Below, piece after piece: positions 1 through 13,483 of a DNA stretch of 64,000 nucleotides (positions are counted from its first letter, which is position 1; every line of letters starts with the position of its first letter). The stretch comes from Batkoa obscura. Its lineage: Eukaryota. The stretch covers positions 744,001-808,000 of the forward strand of contig JASVEC010000015.1 of the NCBI GenBank assembly GCA_030770535.1. The letters run 5' to 3'. The notes under the pieces were generated by a model. The model was not told the origin of the DNA. It ran no database searches and saw nothing but the letters and a program-made list of their open reading frames with translations. The position numbers were made by a program, and so were the translations under genes.

Positions 1-99
1 TGCTTTAGTTTGTTTTTAATCAAAGTATTAAAATTCAGAGTAGCAGTTAAAAGCGCTTTCATTCGTAAAGATTCAAAGACCTCTGTTTTTCTAATATTT

Positions 100-198
100 G
101 GCGATGTATTTTTTTGTTTAAGAATTTTGCTAATAAATTTTCCGCTCAAATAGCGCTCAAAAAATGGAAAAAGTAATGAAACCAAAAAAAATATCCTC
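100..198 (+). mobile_element. ~99-bp MITE family 1 copy (degenerate termini)
   Basis: GGCGATGTATTTTTTTG...AAGAATTTTGCTAA...TTTTCCGCTCAAATAGCGC...ATGGAAAAAGTAATGAAACC...TATCCTC matches the other copies; the TSD is not clean. Confidence 0.85.
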
Positions 199-652
199 AA
201 TATTTTTACTAATTCTCTGATTATACAAAACTATTAACATAATTTAGTTTAAATTTTATTAAATGTCATAATCGGACCAATTGTGGTGTTTGTTATTATT
301 ATGAACTGGTGCTGTTAAGCTCAGCTTTGAATGATATACTGTATACCAATGTTGACGTATCACTCTATAGCTAAATCTTGCATTATAACTTTTTCTTAAA
401 CTATATTTACATCTAATATGATTTTGAATGTTATTAGATTTCATATCAAATAAATTAAGTTGTTTTTATTTGAAAGTTTATATCTGATTTTTTAAATTCT
501 TAAAAATTCTTTTATTAAATAATAATGACAAATTGTCAAGGACATAACATTTAGATTACAAACAATGCTCCAGCTGATGACTAGACATGCTGTGTGTATT
601 CAATGTATCTTAACCACTTCTTCAATAACTAACTTTCAAAAAGAGGAGAAAA

Positions 653-725
653 CACTCCCTGCGGGACTCGAACCCGCAATCCTCAGATTAGAAGTCTGAT
701 GCCTTATCCATTAGGCCAAGGGAGC
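653..725 (-). tRNA. tRNA-Arg (anticodon UCU)
   Basis: Reverse complement GCTCCCTTGGCCTAATGGATAAGGCATCAGACTTCTAATCTGAGGATTGCGGGTTCGAGTCCCGCAGGGAGTG. Acceptor stem GCTCCCT/AGGGAGT, anticodon stem TCAGA/TCTGA with loop CTTCTAA, T-loop GGTTCGAGTC, and a downstream oligo-T Pol III terminator. Confidence 0.97.
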
Positions 726-983
726 TTAATATTGACAGCACATACTGATATAACATTTTTAAAATTTTTAAAAGTAGGCAATCGATCGATTATAGTTACA
801 AAAGAACAAAATTTGAAATTCATTTAAATAGTGACATAAGATGACATATTGGATGACGAAAGTTTTACTAGACATAAAACGTTAAACTGAATTGATTTTA
901 TGAGCTAAATGTGACGTTATCAAAGAAAAGGGTATATAAATCAAACATACTAACCCTTTAATTTTAAATAAAAATTATCAATT

Positions 984-1721
984 ATGTACTCACGCAATAT
1001 TATTAAACTTATCCCAAAAACCCAAACCTTTGTTTCTGTTGGCTCCCCTTCAATTAACCTTATAAAAAATAGAAGCCTACACACTACCCTCTATTCCCTT
1101 AAGGAGAGACGTGATTCTGATTTAAATAGTACTGTAAATGATGCTAAACATAAGGCCAATGAATTGAAACATAAAGCTCAAAGCAAAGCTGAAGAAGTTA
1201 CTAATACCGCTAATAAGAAGGCTGATCAATTAAAAAGAGAAGCCAATCAAGTAGCAGGCGAAACAAGAGAGGAAGCAAAGGGGATTGCAAATGATGCATC
1301 TGATAGAGCTAAGGAGGCTAAAGATAATATCGTCAATAAAGCTAACAACTTGGCAGGAACCGCTGCTGATAAGACTCATGAAGCTAAGGAGAACTTAAAG
1401 GAAAAGGCCAATCAAACTGTTGAAAATACCAAAACAACCCTTGGTGACTTCACTGATGCCGCTAAGGAAGTTACTCAAAATGTAGCAGGTGCTGTTAAAG
1501 AAAAGGTAGAGAAGATTTATGAATCAGCACAAGAAGCTATCGGTACTGCTGCCTCCAAACTCAAGGAGAATACTAACATTTCTAACGAAACCATTGATAA
1601 GGCTGCTAATAAAGCATCTAATAAAGCTCATGATCTTAAAACGGACGCTAAGAACAAGGCCGATCATACCAAAGATAAAACCAAGTCAAATATCAATGAG
1701 AAGAGTAACAAATTAAAATAG
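984..1721 (+). CDS. LEA-like (late embryogenesis abundant) hydrophilin with a probable mitochondrial presequence
   Basis: 245-aa ORF rich in A/K/E/D/T/N with helical ~11-mer repeats (AKHKANELKHK, AKEAKDNIVNK). The N-terminal ~40 aa are basic/hydroxylated, lack acidic residues and end ...NRSLHTT. TATATAAA at ~933. Confidence 0.75.
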   Translation: MYSRNIIKLIPKTQTFVSVGSPSINLIKNRSLHTTLYSLKERRDSDLNSTVNDAKHKANELKHKAQSKAEEVTNTANKKADQLKREANQVAGETREEAKGIANDASDRAKEAKDNIVNKANNLAGTAADKTHEAKENLKEKANQTVENTKTTLGDFTDAAKEVTQNVAGAVKEKVEKIYESAQEAIGTAASKLKENTNISNETIDKAANKASNKAHDLKTDAKNKADHTKDKTKSNINEKSNKLK

Positions 1722-2978
1722 GTTGATGGCTTGGTAAAGTAATAGTAAATCAATATTTATTATCCAATAGTTGGGTATTACTTTATATAATAAAATAAAT
1801 GGTAATATACACTTAAACTTCAGTATAATGGGCTTTGAAATTTGATTTATTTTATATACTTCTTAACGTGTTATAGATTTTTTATTTCGTATCAACATTA
1901 GGAACTCGAAGCTTCACAACCATTGCGCCTGCCAATCTTGGAGGTAATATTTATCCTTATTATTTAAAGGGGTATAAACAGTTCAAGCTTGTTTTATGAA
2001 TACGTGATTAAGAAGGCGTGAGTTATTAATTCAATAAAAAGGAGTAAAAACTTATTAATATGGTAATTTAATTATAAATTTAAATAACTTTAATGGTAGA
2101 ATACCAACTCATAGTGTGGAAACTTATTTTTCAAACAAGACACTAAGTTTGCTTTGCTTTTAATTTTGATTTTGTAATTAATTTTTAGAATCCTATGTTT
2201 AATTTATAAGCTGCTTTAAATCTTTGTGTAAGTTTATTGTTTATATATACCAATTTATTATTTAATTTCATATTCTGATTTTATTACTTTACATACTATT
2301 GGTAAGTATAAATAAAAATATATGCTACTGATGATCATGAAACTACTAACATTCTACAGTATTGAACTAGTATTTATAACATTAATAAACGATTAACGAT
2401 AATAAAAACAAATCCAGTTACAATATTAGTTAGTGAAGATTTACTTTGTTACTTTTTTTCATAAATTTAAATTAAATTTTTATTTTTTTATATTTGATTG
2501 TTTTTAATTGATGATATTTGACTTTCAATATTTATTAATGCTTCATATAACGAATATTTAAATTAACAATATAATTCTGACTTGTATTTTTAATATTTGA
2601 ATACAGAGAAAACTATATAATTGAAAAAATGTATACTGATTAGCTTTTACACATAATTGATTATCTTATTTTTATTTAAATAGAGTTATTTATAGACTTA
2701 TAGAAATTTTGGGGAAATCTGAATTATTTTTAAACAATAATGAGTTGATTTTTAATTAAAATAATTTTTGATCTTGCTTTAAATAACCATAAGAAATGTT
2801 CAAATTGATCAAAAGTTAAACCCCCAAACAATAAACCTAGCTTTAAAAAAATGACTAATAATTTTCTAATTTAGAAATTCAAATCCTCGAAAATTAAATA
2901 ATTCACTAAATTAATCCATGCTTTTACTTTTGTTTCAAAAGGCAAATCTGAAGCTCCCACCTTTATAGATTAATTTCA

Positions 2979-5052
2979 ATGGATATTACCAAAGCTAAGA
3001 AATTACCTCCATGCCCAACCTGTGGGTCAACGAGATATCGCAAAACTGGTTTAGGCTTCTTTTTATGTGAAGAAGGGCATCAGTTGGAGGTAAGTATAAT
3101 AAAAGATTTAGAACCGATAATAGCTGATGGATTCTATTAGGGATTTCGACAAGAAGTGATGGACTTTATGGATGATAATTTTATAGGAACTGAAAAAAGA
3201 AGGAGGGTGGCAGTAAAGAATAAGAAAATCATATCAAAGAGTAAGCTTTTGTCGCTGATAAAAGAGATTAAGGAAAACGATTAATTTAATATATAGTCTA
3301 TTATAATGAAAAGGGGAAATTTCTCTATCTTCGAGCATACCAAACTATTTTAAAGAAACAAAGTAATATATTGATTGAGCAATTTGGGGTCCCTAAAGAA
3401 TTATTGGTAATATATTTTTTGATTTGTAAAAAATCGAAATAATGGTTTAATATTTAAGCAAATAGTTCAAGGATTATGGAAAGTGTATGTCAGTATGAAC
3501 CCATATATACAAGTGAATGTCAAAAAATTAAGAAAAAAGAAGATGAAAAAAGAAAATTTAGAAGATGAAGATGATCTATTGAAAGAATTAGAAGGCTCCT
3601 CATCCGATGAAGATTCTGAAAGACATATTGACGAGTTATTGAAAAATAATCTAGATTCTGAAAACGAGAGTGATACTGACTTAAATAAATTAGAAGATAT
3701 AGATATAGATATAGATATAGAAAAAGAAGAAAATGCATTAAAAAAACCAGAATCTCCAATTAAACGTCAATTTATTATTAAGCTATATTGGACTTTAACA
3801 TTTCAATATTTAGCTTTAATGTACTTAAAAGTCCCGATTTTGAGTGTCGATCTGTTGAGGTTATGTAATAATAATAAAATACCATTTAATAATGCACGAT
3901 CTACACTACCATTAAAAATTCAAAATAGATTAAGGCCTTCAACAGCTTTATTAGCTAGAGTAAAGAATTTATATTAAATACCTAGGACTTTTATTGATAA
4001 TTTTATTAGGTACCTTCATTTAATTTTTTTCAAGAAGCAACGAATTTAATGGCGGAATTATTATTTCCAAATTTAAATGTTCCTCCACCTACAATCTCCC
4101 TGCCTTTTATTTCATATTCTATTTTAGAACATTTCAATTTGCCTAGTAAGATTATTATATTTATTTAGCGGTGGATGAGGGTTATTAATGATTTTTTAAA
4201 GTTACATTTTATCCAATGATAGTTACCTTAAAAAACAAATTAAATATTAAACTAAATTTGCCAATACGAAAAACCGATAAAGAACGTCGATATTCGCCAG
4301 AAGTCATAGTAATGGGTCTAATTGTTATTATTTTGAAATTGTTTTATGGGCTTGATGGAAAAGATAGGTAAATTATTTCATAATTTTATATAGTTAATCT
4401 TAGTTACTTTATTAGATTGAAACATGAATTATTTAGTAATTTGCCGGATATCTTTGATCTATTAGATAATTTTAAAGCTTCAAATGAACATTTATGCTAT
4501 CAATTCATACCTTCAAAGTTTAGGTATTAGAATATATTAACTAGAATCTTTAATTTATTAAATTTTAATTTGTTAGTTTATCAATGGAAATGTTACAACA
4601 TCAACCAATAAAATATAATGAATTTGCAAAAAATACAGTATTACCATTAGGACTAAAAGGGTATAAAGGTAATTAATGATATATAAATATAAACATTAAT
4701 AAAACAACATTTTAATTTTATTTTCATAGATTATAAACAAATCCAAGATTTATTTTTAGAAATAGTAACCTCATCTCAACATTTAATAAAAGAATCTGAA
4801 TTTACCGCCCTATTAACAACACCCATATCAAAGGAATTAAAGAACAAAATCGAAATTCAAATATCAAATATCAAATATGGGCAAGATTATTTTTTATTTG
4901 ATAAAATTAAAGAGTTAAAATTTGGCGCTAATTTACCTGTAGAGTATTTTTTATTAATTAAATATTTGGCCAAATTTAGTACCGATGGGGATTGGTTGTA
5001 TTTGTTTAAGACAGTTGTTTGGTTGGAAAACAAACTGATGGGAAAGTGCTAA
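2979..5052 (+). CDS. RRN7: RNA polymerase I core factor subunit Rrn7/TAF1B (multi-exon)
   Basis: Exon 1 (2979-3089) translates MDITKAKKLPPCPTCGSTRYRKTGLGFFLCEEGHQLE, an Rrn7-type CxxC...CxxGH Zn ribbon. Later exons give RAYQTILKKQ, YLALMYLKVPILSVDLLRL..NNKIPF and PEVIVMGLIVIILKLFYGLDG. About 9 short GT-AG introns; internal boundaries approximate. Confidence 0.85.
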
Positions 5053-6368
5053 GAAAGGTCATTTAGTTATAATATAGATTTTTGAAAATGTGTTAAATGG
5101 TTTTGAGTAGTTAATGTCATTGTTATTTATTAAATTAGTATAGAAATAGGACTTTAAATTTTTTTAGCATAAGTTTTATTTTAAATTTAAGAGGTTGGTA
5201 TTATACTTTTTTGTTTAGTTAAATTATGACTTATGTTTAAAGGTTAATTTATAATACTATTATTCAGATTAAAGCTCGATTCATTGTTCTATTAAAACAT
5301 TTAAATGCAAAGATTAGATTAGATTAATATTCTTTTAATTCAATTAGATCTAAAAAGATATTATAACTTAATTTTAGATGAATATTTACTTGTAAAAATT
5401 AAATACTGATAAAAACATAAATCAAATTAAATCTTCATTTCTATTAATACTAATACTAATAGCTATATTACCTTATTAATTTGTAATTTAGTAAGATTTT
5501 AAAAATATAAATAATTATATTACTTTAACATTTAAATAAAAACACTACAAAGTTAACTTTGTATACATAATTTATTATTAACTTTTAAACTCGTTTAATA
5601 ATCATCGGCTTATTTAATTATAGAGAATATACAAGCTCATCTAAATAACTACTGTACAAAATTATTGGGGAAAAACTGGAACAAATGCCACTATTAATTT
5701 TCCACTGCAAATTTTTTTAACCCGATCTGACTATTGTTTTCCATTCTACTTTATTGGAGTAAATAATTTACTCCCTTTAGACCTGCTAAGATAATTTATG
5801 GAAATATAAAGCTATGGTCTTATGTTTGAATAATAATTCTAAATTTTATCTTACACTTAATAAAATTATTCCCCTTTACCAAATACTCCGTTCAAACTTT
5901 CCCATGTCCTAAAACATAATTTTTGCCATAATCTTAATCCCAGGTCTTGTTTTTTCTCAACTTTGAAATTTATTGCCCATTGAATTTCGGAACTAATAGT
6001 AGCCGAATCAATTTTATTTTTTTGACAAAAAAATTATGGGGAAGCTAAATAAGGTAAATATTCTTCATTACTTTGAAAATCCAACCAATCCCATAGTTCT
6101 CCAATTGAAAGATTACCTCAGAGTTTAGTTAAGTTTCCAAATTAAATTTAATTGAAACCAAAATAAATGCATCCTGACGTCAGGATGACTTTTACGTTCA
6201 CTTCACTTCTCATCCCTCATTCTAAAATTTCTAAAATAAGGACTTAAAATTCATCTCAAAATTAATCATTTAAAATCGCTATTTTTAAATCCAACTTTTG
6301 GACTTTTAATTTTCTTATTTCAAATTTCAAATTTAAATCAATTTCAATTATTAACATCAACACAAATT

Positions 6369-7169
6369 ATGGTCAAAATTTATCAACATACCCATGATTA
6401 TGAGTAAGCTTAAAGTCCCTCCATTTTAAAAGTAGTGATACTAACCCTTTTCTAATCCTAGTTACTCATGGCCAATAGTCTCTTTTGCTTTTTGGTTACG
6501 TTATCCAAACCCATTTGCTTCCCATGTATTAGGATCCGATGTCATTGATCGATATATCGACAATGAAGGTATATTACATACAACAAGGATTATACTAAAA
6601 AAAGGAAAATTGCCTAAATGGGGGGAGAATGTAAGTAGAACAAAGTATCATCATTCATTTTTTAATGATGCTTTTTAAACATATATAATGAGACTTATAA
6701 TATTAATGTAATTGCCTTTTAGTTAATTAAAACTCCAGAAGCTTATATCATTGAAGAAACTACAGTGGATCCAAAGAACCAAATATTAGTTTCTAAAACA
6801 AAAAATTTAAATCATGCGCGAGTTATGAAGGTAGAAGAAACTCAAACATTTAAAGTTTCAAGTAAAAATAAGGAATGGTAAGTTTTATTGTTAGAGTTAA
6901 AGTTTAGGCGATATTAATACATTTTATTTAGGACCTCCGTCAAAACAGAAGCGAGAATCATATCTAGGATAGGCTGGGGTATCACTAGTGCTGTTGAGAG
7001 GTTTGGTATTAATAAATTTGAAAAAAATACAGTTAAGGTAACTAGTTTACTTTTTAATTAGAGATATGTGTATTTAATTATTTAATTATAGGCAAGAATG
7101 GGTATGTCTTATATACTTGAAAGAATTCGAGAAGGAAAAAGAAGTTTTCATTTTGAAAATGGATTATAA
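6369..7169 (+). CDS. UPS1: PRELI/MSF1-family mitochondrial lipid-transfer protein (Ups1-like), 5 exons
   Basis: Spliced exons 6369-6403, 6462-6630, 6723-6877, 6932-7037 and 7092-7169 give MVKIYQHTHDYDYSWPIVSFAFWLRYPNPFASHVLGSDVIDR...TTRIILKKGKLPKWG...EETTVDP...TKNLNH. Not in the ORF track because of the introns. Confidence 0.88.
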
Positions 7170-7824
7170 AAATTTAAATTAATAAAGGTTACGAAAAAAA
7201 GAGATTTGTTGAGAATTATTATAGGTGGTAAAAGCAAATTCAAATAACAAAGATATAAAAATAAAAATGAGTTTTTTTGATAAAGCAGATATTGTATTTT
7301 TGACTGTTACCTTTTGGATTTTTTTGAGACCTGTTGTTGAAATAAAAGCTATTGATTCTTTTGGAAGTGAGATAATTGCTGTTTTTTCAAAAATGGAGTT
7401 TTGGGGCTAAGTTTAAAAAATTGACTAAATGAGTAGATATACTTTATTTGTGTTATTATAGCTTATTATAGCAGTTAAATATATAAAATCAGTTAAATAT
7501 ATTAACTATAACATCCTACTTTTATAACTTTATAATAAGTATTTTTTAATAATTATAAATCTCATTTAACAAAAATGTAAATTATAAACCATAAATGAAA
7601 GCAGAAAATTACTACATATACTAAAATTTATTATATAGATTATATACTTGAACTAAAAAGAGTAGAAAAGACTAAAAGAGTAAAAAAGATTAAAAAGAGT
7701 AAAAGAAACTCCTTTTACAACATCAACTATAAAAATGTAAAAGGAAGATCGGATTATAATTTTAAAAAAGATAAAGTTGCTAAGAAAAGATCGCATATAA
7801 CTATCAAAAAACCTTCATTTTCTA

Positions 7825-10800
7825 TTATAATTGTCCCTTTAACACTAATTCAATCCAATAATTCACTTGTTCTTTATATGCATCCAATTCAACCCCAAAA
7901 TATTCACTTAATTTTACTCTCACTTGCTTTTTAGACACAGCCATTAAATCACTTTCTGCCAATATCATACGAATCTTCACAATGATATCCTGATGATTAG
8001 GGAACTCTGGTCCCGGTTGAAAATTGGGTAAAAGAGGGGGTGTGATAGATTGGCTTTGAGGTGGAGTATGAACTTTCATGGGTTTAAAACTTGGAGAGGC
8101 TGGACGAGAGCCTTTATAAACAGATGAATTACTTGCCATTGGATAATTGGGTACATATTCATCTGTAAATTGACGTTGTATCATTGGCGGTGGGATATTT
8201 CCTCCTCCCACTTGTTGAGTTTGATATGGCATTTGTTCTTGACTTGCCATCATGGTAGCCATATAAGGCATACTAGAGAAAGTGGACATTGGTCTATAAT
8301 TCTGTTGTTGTTGCATGATAGGCATCATAGGGATAGCATCAATTGCAGGTATCGAAAACGGAATTGGAGAAGCATTAGTCATTGGTGGTTTATTCAAAGA
8401 ATTGGCAGATGGTGAAGAATGATGTGAATAACTCGTTTTCTCAGTTTCTTTTTCCCAATTTTCTTCTTCATATTCAGACCATTTGCGAGTGGGTATAGAT
8501 TGGGGATCAAAGATACCTTCATCTACAGCTACTTTTTTCTTTTTGCCACCTTCTCCTAATACAACACGAGTATTACCCCACGAAAAATCATCAAAATGCC
8601 AGAAGGAATATAATGGTATAAAAAATGCAAAGATAGGTAATGCCATTAAATAAACTACCATCCAACCAATCTGTTGCCATTGTCGACGTATTAAAAACAC
8701 TAACATTTGTAAGACATAAGGAGCAGCTATAAATACTAAAGATGCAACGGGGATAGCTTTGGTACGATCAGAAGCTAAACGATAAATTAAATAACCTAAA
8801 TAACCTAATGTAGCAGGCATTATAATTGTTGATAATAAATCCATAAATACAACAAATCTCATTGAAAAACAACAAAATCCACATAACCTTGGTAAAAATA
8901 CTAACTCTAGTAAATTATGAACAGTTGAATTAATCCATCTTCGACGTTGTGATAATAACACTTCCCATGTGTCTGGTGCGTTAGTAAGACATTTAGCATC
9001 CGGTGTAAATGTTAATTTATTAAATGGGAAATTTTTTAACATTAAAGTAGTTAAATAACGATCTTCTCCTAAATGAAATAAATTTTTTTTATGTAATGTA
9101 TTCACTTGATTTTCACTGTATTGATTGATAATACAATCATGAATTAATAAGGGACTATCATTATCTGGTGATTTTACTCGATACATTGAAAAGCAACCTG
9201 GTAAACAAGTAACAGAACCAAATAAAGATTCAAAGGCTTTAGCTAAATGATGGGACATATAGTATTCATAAACTTGAATCATAGTGGCCCATGAATCTCT
9301 TTCATTCATAATTGAAGTTTCCCCACAAATTCCCATAATTTTAATATCATGCAACATAGCAGATACCAATCGATTTAATGAATCTGGCATAACTACAGTA
9401 TCTGCATCTACCATTAAAATAAATTCATATAAATGGGGATCCACACCAATTACATTTTTAATTTGATGATACATTTCTAATTCTAAGGGTACCATTGGAT
9501 GATCATAATGAACTTTGTTAAAGAATTTCATCAAGATTAACTGTGAATCTCTCTTTCCTCTATTACCAGGTTTAACTCTTTCACTTGGTTTACCCACTTT
9601 AACAATTACAATATATGGTACAACATGACCTCGAATTTCATATAAACCAGTATATACTTTACCCATATTATGTTGTTTACTTCCTTCTCCTAAAGATAAA
9701 AAACTTAAGGGTTCTGGATCTAAACTTGGATCTGAGCCAAGCAAGTTTAATAAAATCCTTGGTGTTGGTAACTCATTACCACCACCAATAACCATACCAT
9801 CACTAATTATAAATAATAATTTACGTTTATCATCATATTTTAATACAGCTAATGAATCAATTGTACGTTTTAAAGATTCTAAATCTTCTGTATAACAAGG
9901 TACATTACAAACAACAAATTTATCATGATCTTCAGGTTCAGGTCGACTCCCTAATTGTAAAGAAGCTAAAAATTTAACAAATAATATAGCAAATAAAAAG
10001 ATAGACAAGGCTAATAATAAATATTGAGCAAAAATACATTGTGGTGAATTACGATCATCTACTAAACCAGCATAAAATAGATTATTCATACATTGTTCAA
10101 TTCTTTTTTTAGTATCCAAATCATCTTTAAATAATTGTTTGAATAAATCACTAATATCTTTTCCACTATTATTATTAATAATTTGAGTCATATCTGAACC
10201 TAAGAAATCACCTTCTATTTTTAAACTAGTGGATTGTTCATTATCTCGAGGTAATACAAATAAATTAAAATAAGGAGTAAAATCAAATACTCTCAATATT
10301 GATTTTTTATCATCTTTATCTTGATACAATACCATTTTTCTACCTTCAGCTGCTTTTTTAGTAATTGTATCTAAAGTATAAGCAATGTCTCCTACTTTTT
10401 TCATATGATATCTAATGACATTTTCAAACCAATAAGGAGAGTAGTTTCTTTCACCACGATAGTATCGATGATCATGATTAATAAAATTAGGGTTATTAGT
10501 TTTATTACTTAATGAAATTTGAGGGTCAATTTCATTCCCATCAAACCTTAAACATAAATTAGGATTAATTTGAATTGGAAATGCATCATCTACATTACTT
10601 CCACCAAAATTTTCAATCATTTTTTGAGTAGATACCATTCGATGACCATTTGTTTTTAATCCAGCAATACCATATAATTCATAAACTCTTCCATATAAAT
10701 GATATAATGGGGAAGAAGTTGTACTTTCTTTTGTACTTGCTACTTCATCAACAGTATAAATATCTCTTTCTGGACATAATAATGGATTGACACCAACAAT

Positions 10801-13483
10801 AAATAATACTACAAATCCAGACATTAAAAATATTAAAATACATAAAGCTACTTTCTCTCTCCATGCCATTTTAACATCTTTTAATTTCATTCGTCCACAG
10901 CAACTTAACATAAATGAAGGTACCCACCAAGTTAATAGCCAAGTTAATAGTATCCATAATTTACGTATTGTTGTTTTAGGTGGTTTCTTATTTAATTCTT
11001 CATCTTCATCAATTAATTCTAAATCTCCTTTTTCTCTAATTAATTCTAAATCTCCAATTTGTGAAGAATCCCCTAATTGACTATCTAATTCACTACCGTT
11101 ATTATCATCATCAGAATAAAAGGATTGATTATCATCTGTTATCATTCCAGGCGCAACTAAACCAAATTTTTGACTACTTGTGCCATGCTCAAAATTACGT
11201 AATCCATTTTCTAATTCTACCCATGATAATTCATTTAAATAAATATATTGATTTCCAATAGCAATATTTTTGTTATTCCAATTCATTGTTGTTTTAAAAA
11301 CTTCACAAATTTCATTAAATTTTTGATCAGTGTTAATTCCAAGTCCAATTAATAAATTGTTATATCTTAATACAAATTCTTCATGTAAATAACATATTGT
11401 ATATTCCATTTTTTTACGTAAAACCATTTGATCTAGTTTATATAACTTTAATTGATTTTCCATAGATTCTGAATTAAAATTAGTAGAATCTGACAAACAT
11501 AAACATAATACAAACCAAGTTTCTGTATTATCAAAAGTATCAAATAATTCATCTAATCCCACTTTTAATTGATTAGCAACACAGTTAATTTTCATTTGTT
11601 TATTTCCAAATTCTCCATTTTCATCTAATTGTTGAATTCTAGCTCTTTTCATAGAAGGTGTTCTTCTTGGTAATGCGGACTTTTGTGCTGATACAATATT
11701 GCCGTTATCTTTTGGATTAACTTGAGTTGAAATAGTATGATGATTAAACAAACCAGAAATAAAACTATTACTAACAGCAACATCAGCTTCTCCACGAAAT
11801 GTTTGTACAAAATCTGGATTAATTGAGTCCATATTATTTTCCATAAACCCAATGATATCATAAATGACTGGCTCTTGGAAATGATTAATTGTAAATTGAT
11901 TTAAACTTAAATTAATATTTAGTATGGAGTTATTTTCTTGTGCTTTTTGAATAGCTTGTAATAAACTAGTATCATTAGCTGGTCCTTTAGATCGATTTGC
12001 TTGTTTACTTAATATTGATACTAAACCGTTACTTGATTTAGTTAATAATTGAACAATATTTTGATTATCCACAATATCAATTTTTGGTATAAAAATATCA
12101 TCTTCATCATAAGCGTCATTAGAAGCTTCAAATATTTGATACAACATATAATTATATAATCTTTCATTAGAAAAATTAATGCAAAATTGTTCAAATCCAG
12201 AAGTTGGCATTAATTTTTGAAATCCGGGTAAATCTAATATACCAATGAAATTACTTTGTTGATCAAAACATAATCTTGTATTAATATGTTCAGTTATCCA
12301 TGAAAATAATAAAGAATACAAACACTTAGCTAATTCATCTTTTTGTTTACTAGCTTGTAAAGAATCTAAAAACATTGTACATGTTTCTTTTTTAATCACT
12401 TGAGTACGATAAGTTAATAAACCTTCTAATGTAGTTGGATGTAAGCCCAAAAAATCAGCTGCTAAACTTAATACATCATAATCCATCACTAAGGCCCCAC
12501 CCTCTTCATCTTTATTTGAACGATCATAAAATTTAATATTTCCTAAGTGTAAAATAGAAGCTAATAGTTGAAAAATTTGAGATTGAAATTTTTTAGTAAA
12601 ACCTAAATTTTTTAAACTTAATTTCAAGTTTAGAAATTGTTCTTTTAATTCCTCAAAACTATATGGAAAGAAAGTACCAATCAAATATTGATACTGACTT
12701 ACTCCTTTTAATTGGAATTGATTTTTTTCTTCTTCAGTTATTCCAGCTAAAAATTGATAAAATACTAAAAAATTAGATTCTCCCCGTTGTTTATCACTTA
12801 ATCGATTCTTTTCTAATAAATAATCTAAGTGTTTCACTCCTATTGTTCTTCCTCGATTATCAAATTGTAATTCAATATATTTAGCAAATCTTGAAGCTTT
12901 GGTCATAGAAGATGTAAATGTACTACCAAAACATTCAAAGATTTGTTCAGAATTAATGATTTGAGTGTACAATTTGCTTTCTTTTTTGCTAGCACTACGC
13001 AATCCGGCCATTGCCTTTAAAAATAATTTTTTATTTTCACTTTTACCACTACCAACACTACCACTAATAATATAAAATAATATTAATACACTGCATAAAA
13101 CTACTAATTTACTAATTTACTTACCAAAAAATAACGGATTGATCTAAAGCACTTCTTCTTAAATGGAAATAAATGGTAGATGCTAATTTAAATATATGAG
13201 GTTGCATATTTTCTTTATCATCTTGAAAGTTTCGATAATTAGCTAAATAATCCTTTAATACTTGATCATAGTTCAAACTATCTCCTTCTTTAAATGGATT
13301 TACAGATAATAATACTCTTGAACCAAGATTGGTATAGTATTCTCTTAATTGATAACGGGAAGATAAACAAGTGGAAATGGAAGAGACGGTGACATCGGGA
13401 AGTTCAGTAAGATCCGATAAATTACTAGGATCATAACTACTGGAAATCATGGAGGATGCTCGATTCGACATTCGCATCGCCAT
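7825..13483 (-). CDS. Chitin synthase with N-terminal myosin motor-like domain (class V/VII type), ~1865 aa, 2 exons
   Basis: Exon 1 13483-13125, GT-AG intron 13124-13064, exon 2 13063-7825. Myosin motifs: SVNPFK, spliced P-loop GSVGSGKSE, ASRFAKYIELQF, LDLPGF, FEQFCINFSNE. Chitin synthase motifs: GNRGKRDSQ, MVDADT, CLPGCF, LGEDRYL, QRRRW, WHFDDFSWG. C-terminal DEK_C-like segment. Confidence 0.96.

Noticed and set aside
572..600. CTGATGA as a hammerhead ribozyme or C/D snoRNA core
   Set aside because: No stem II followed by GAAA, and no convincing terminal stem or partner box
3696..3720. Simple repeats: (GATATA)n in RRN7, also (TTTTATG)n ~20593-20625, (AAAAT)n ~57763-57796, AAAAGAGT-type repeats ~7655-7705
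   Set aside because: Ordinary microsatellites or low complexity in an AT-rich genome
8170..11861. Short ORFs overlapping the chitin synthase (8170, 9284, 10787, 11061, 11649)
   Set aside because: Antisense or alternate-frame shadows of a long conserved CDS, with no recognisable motifs
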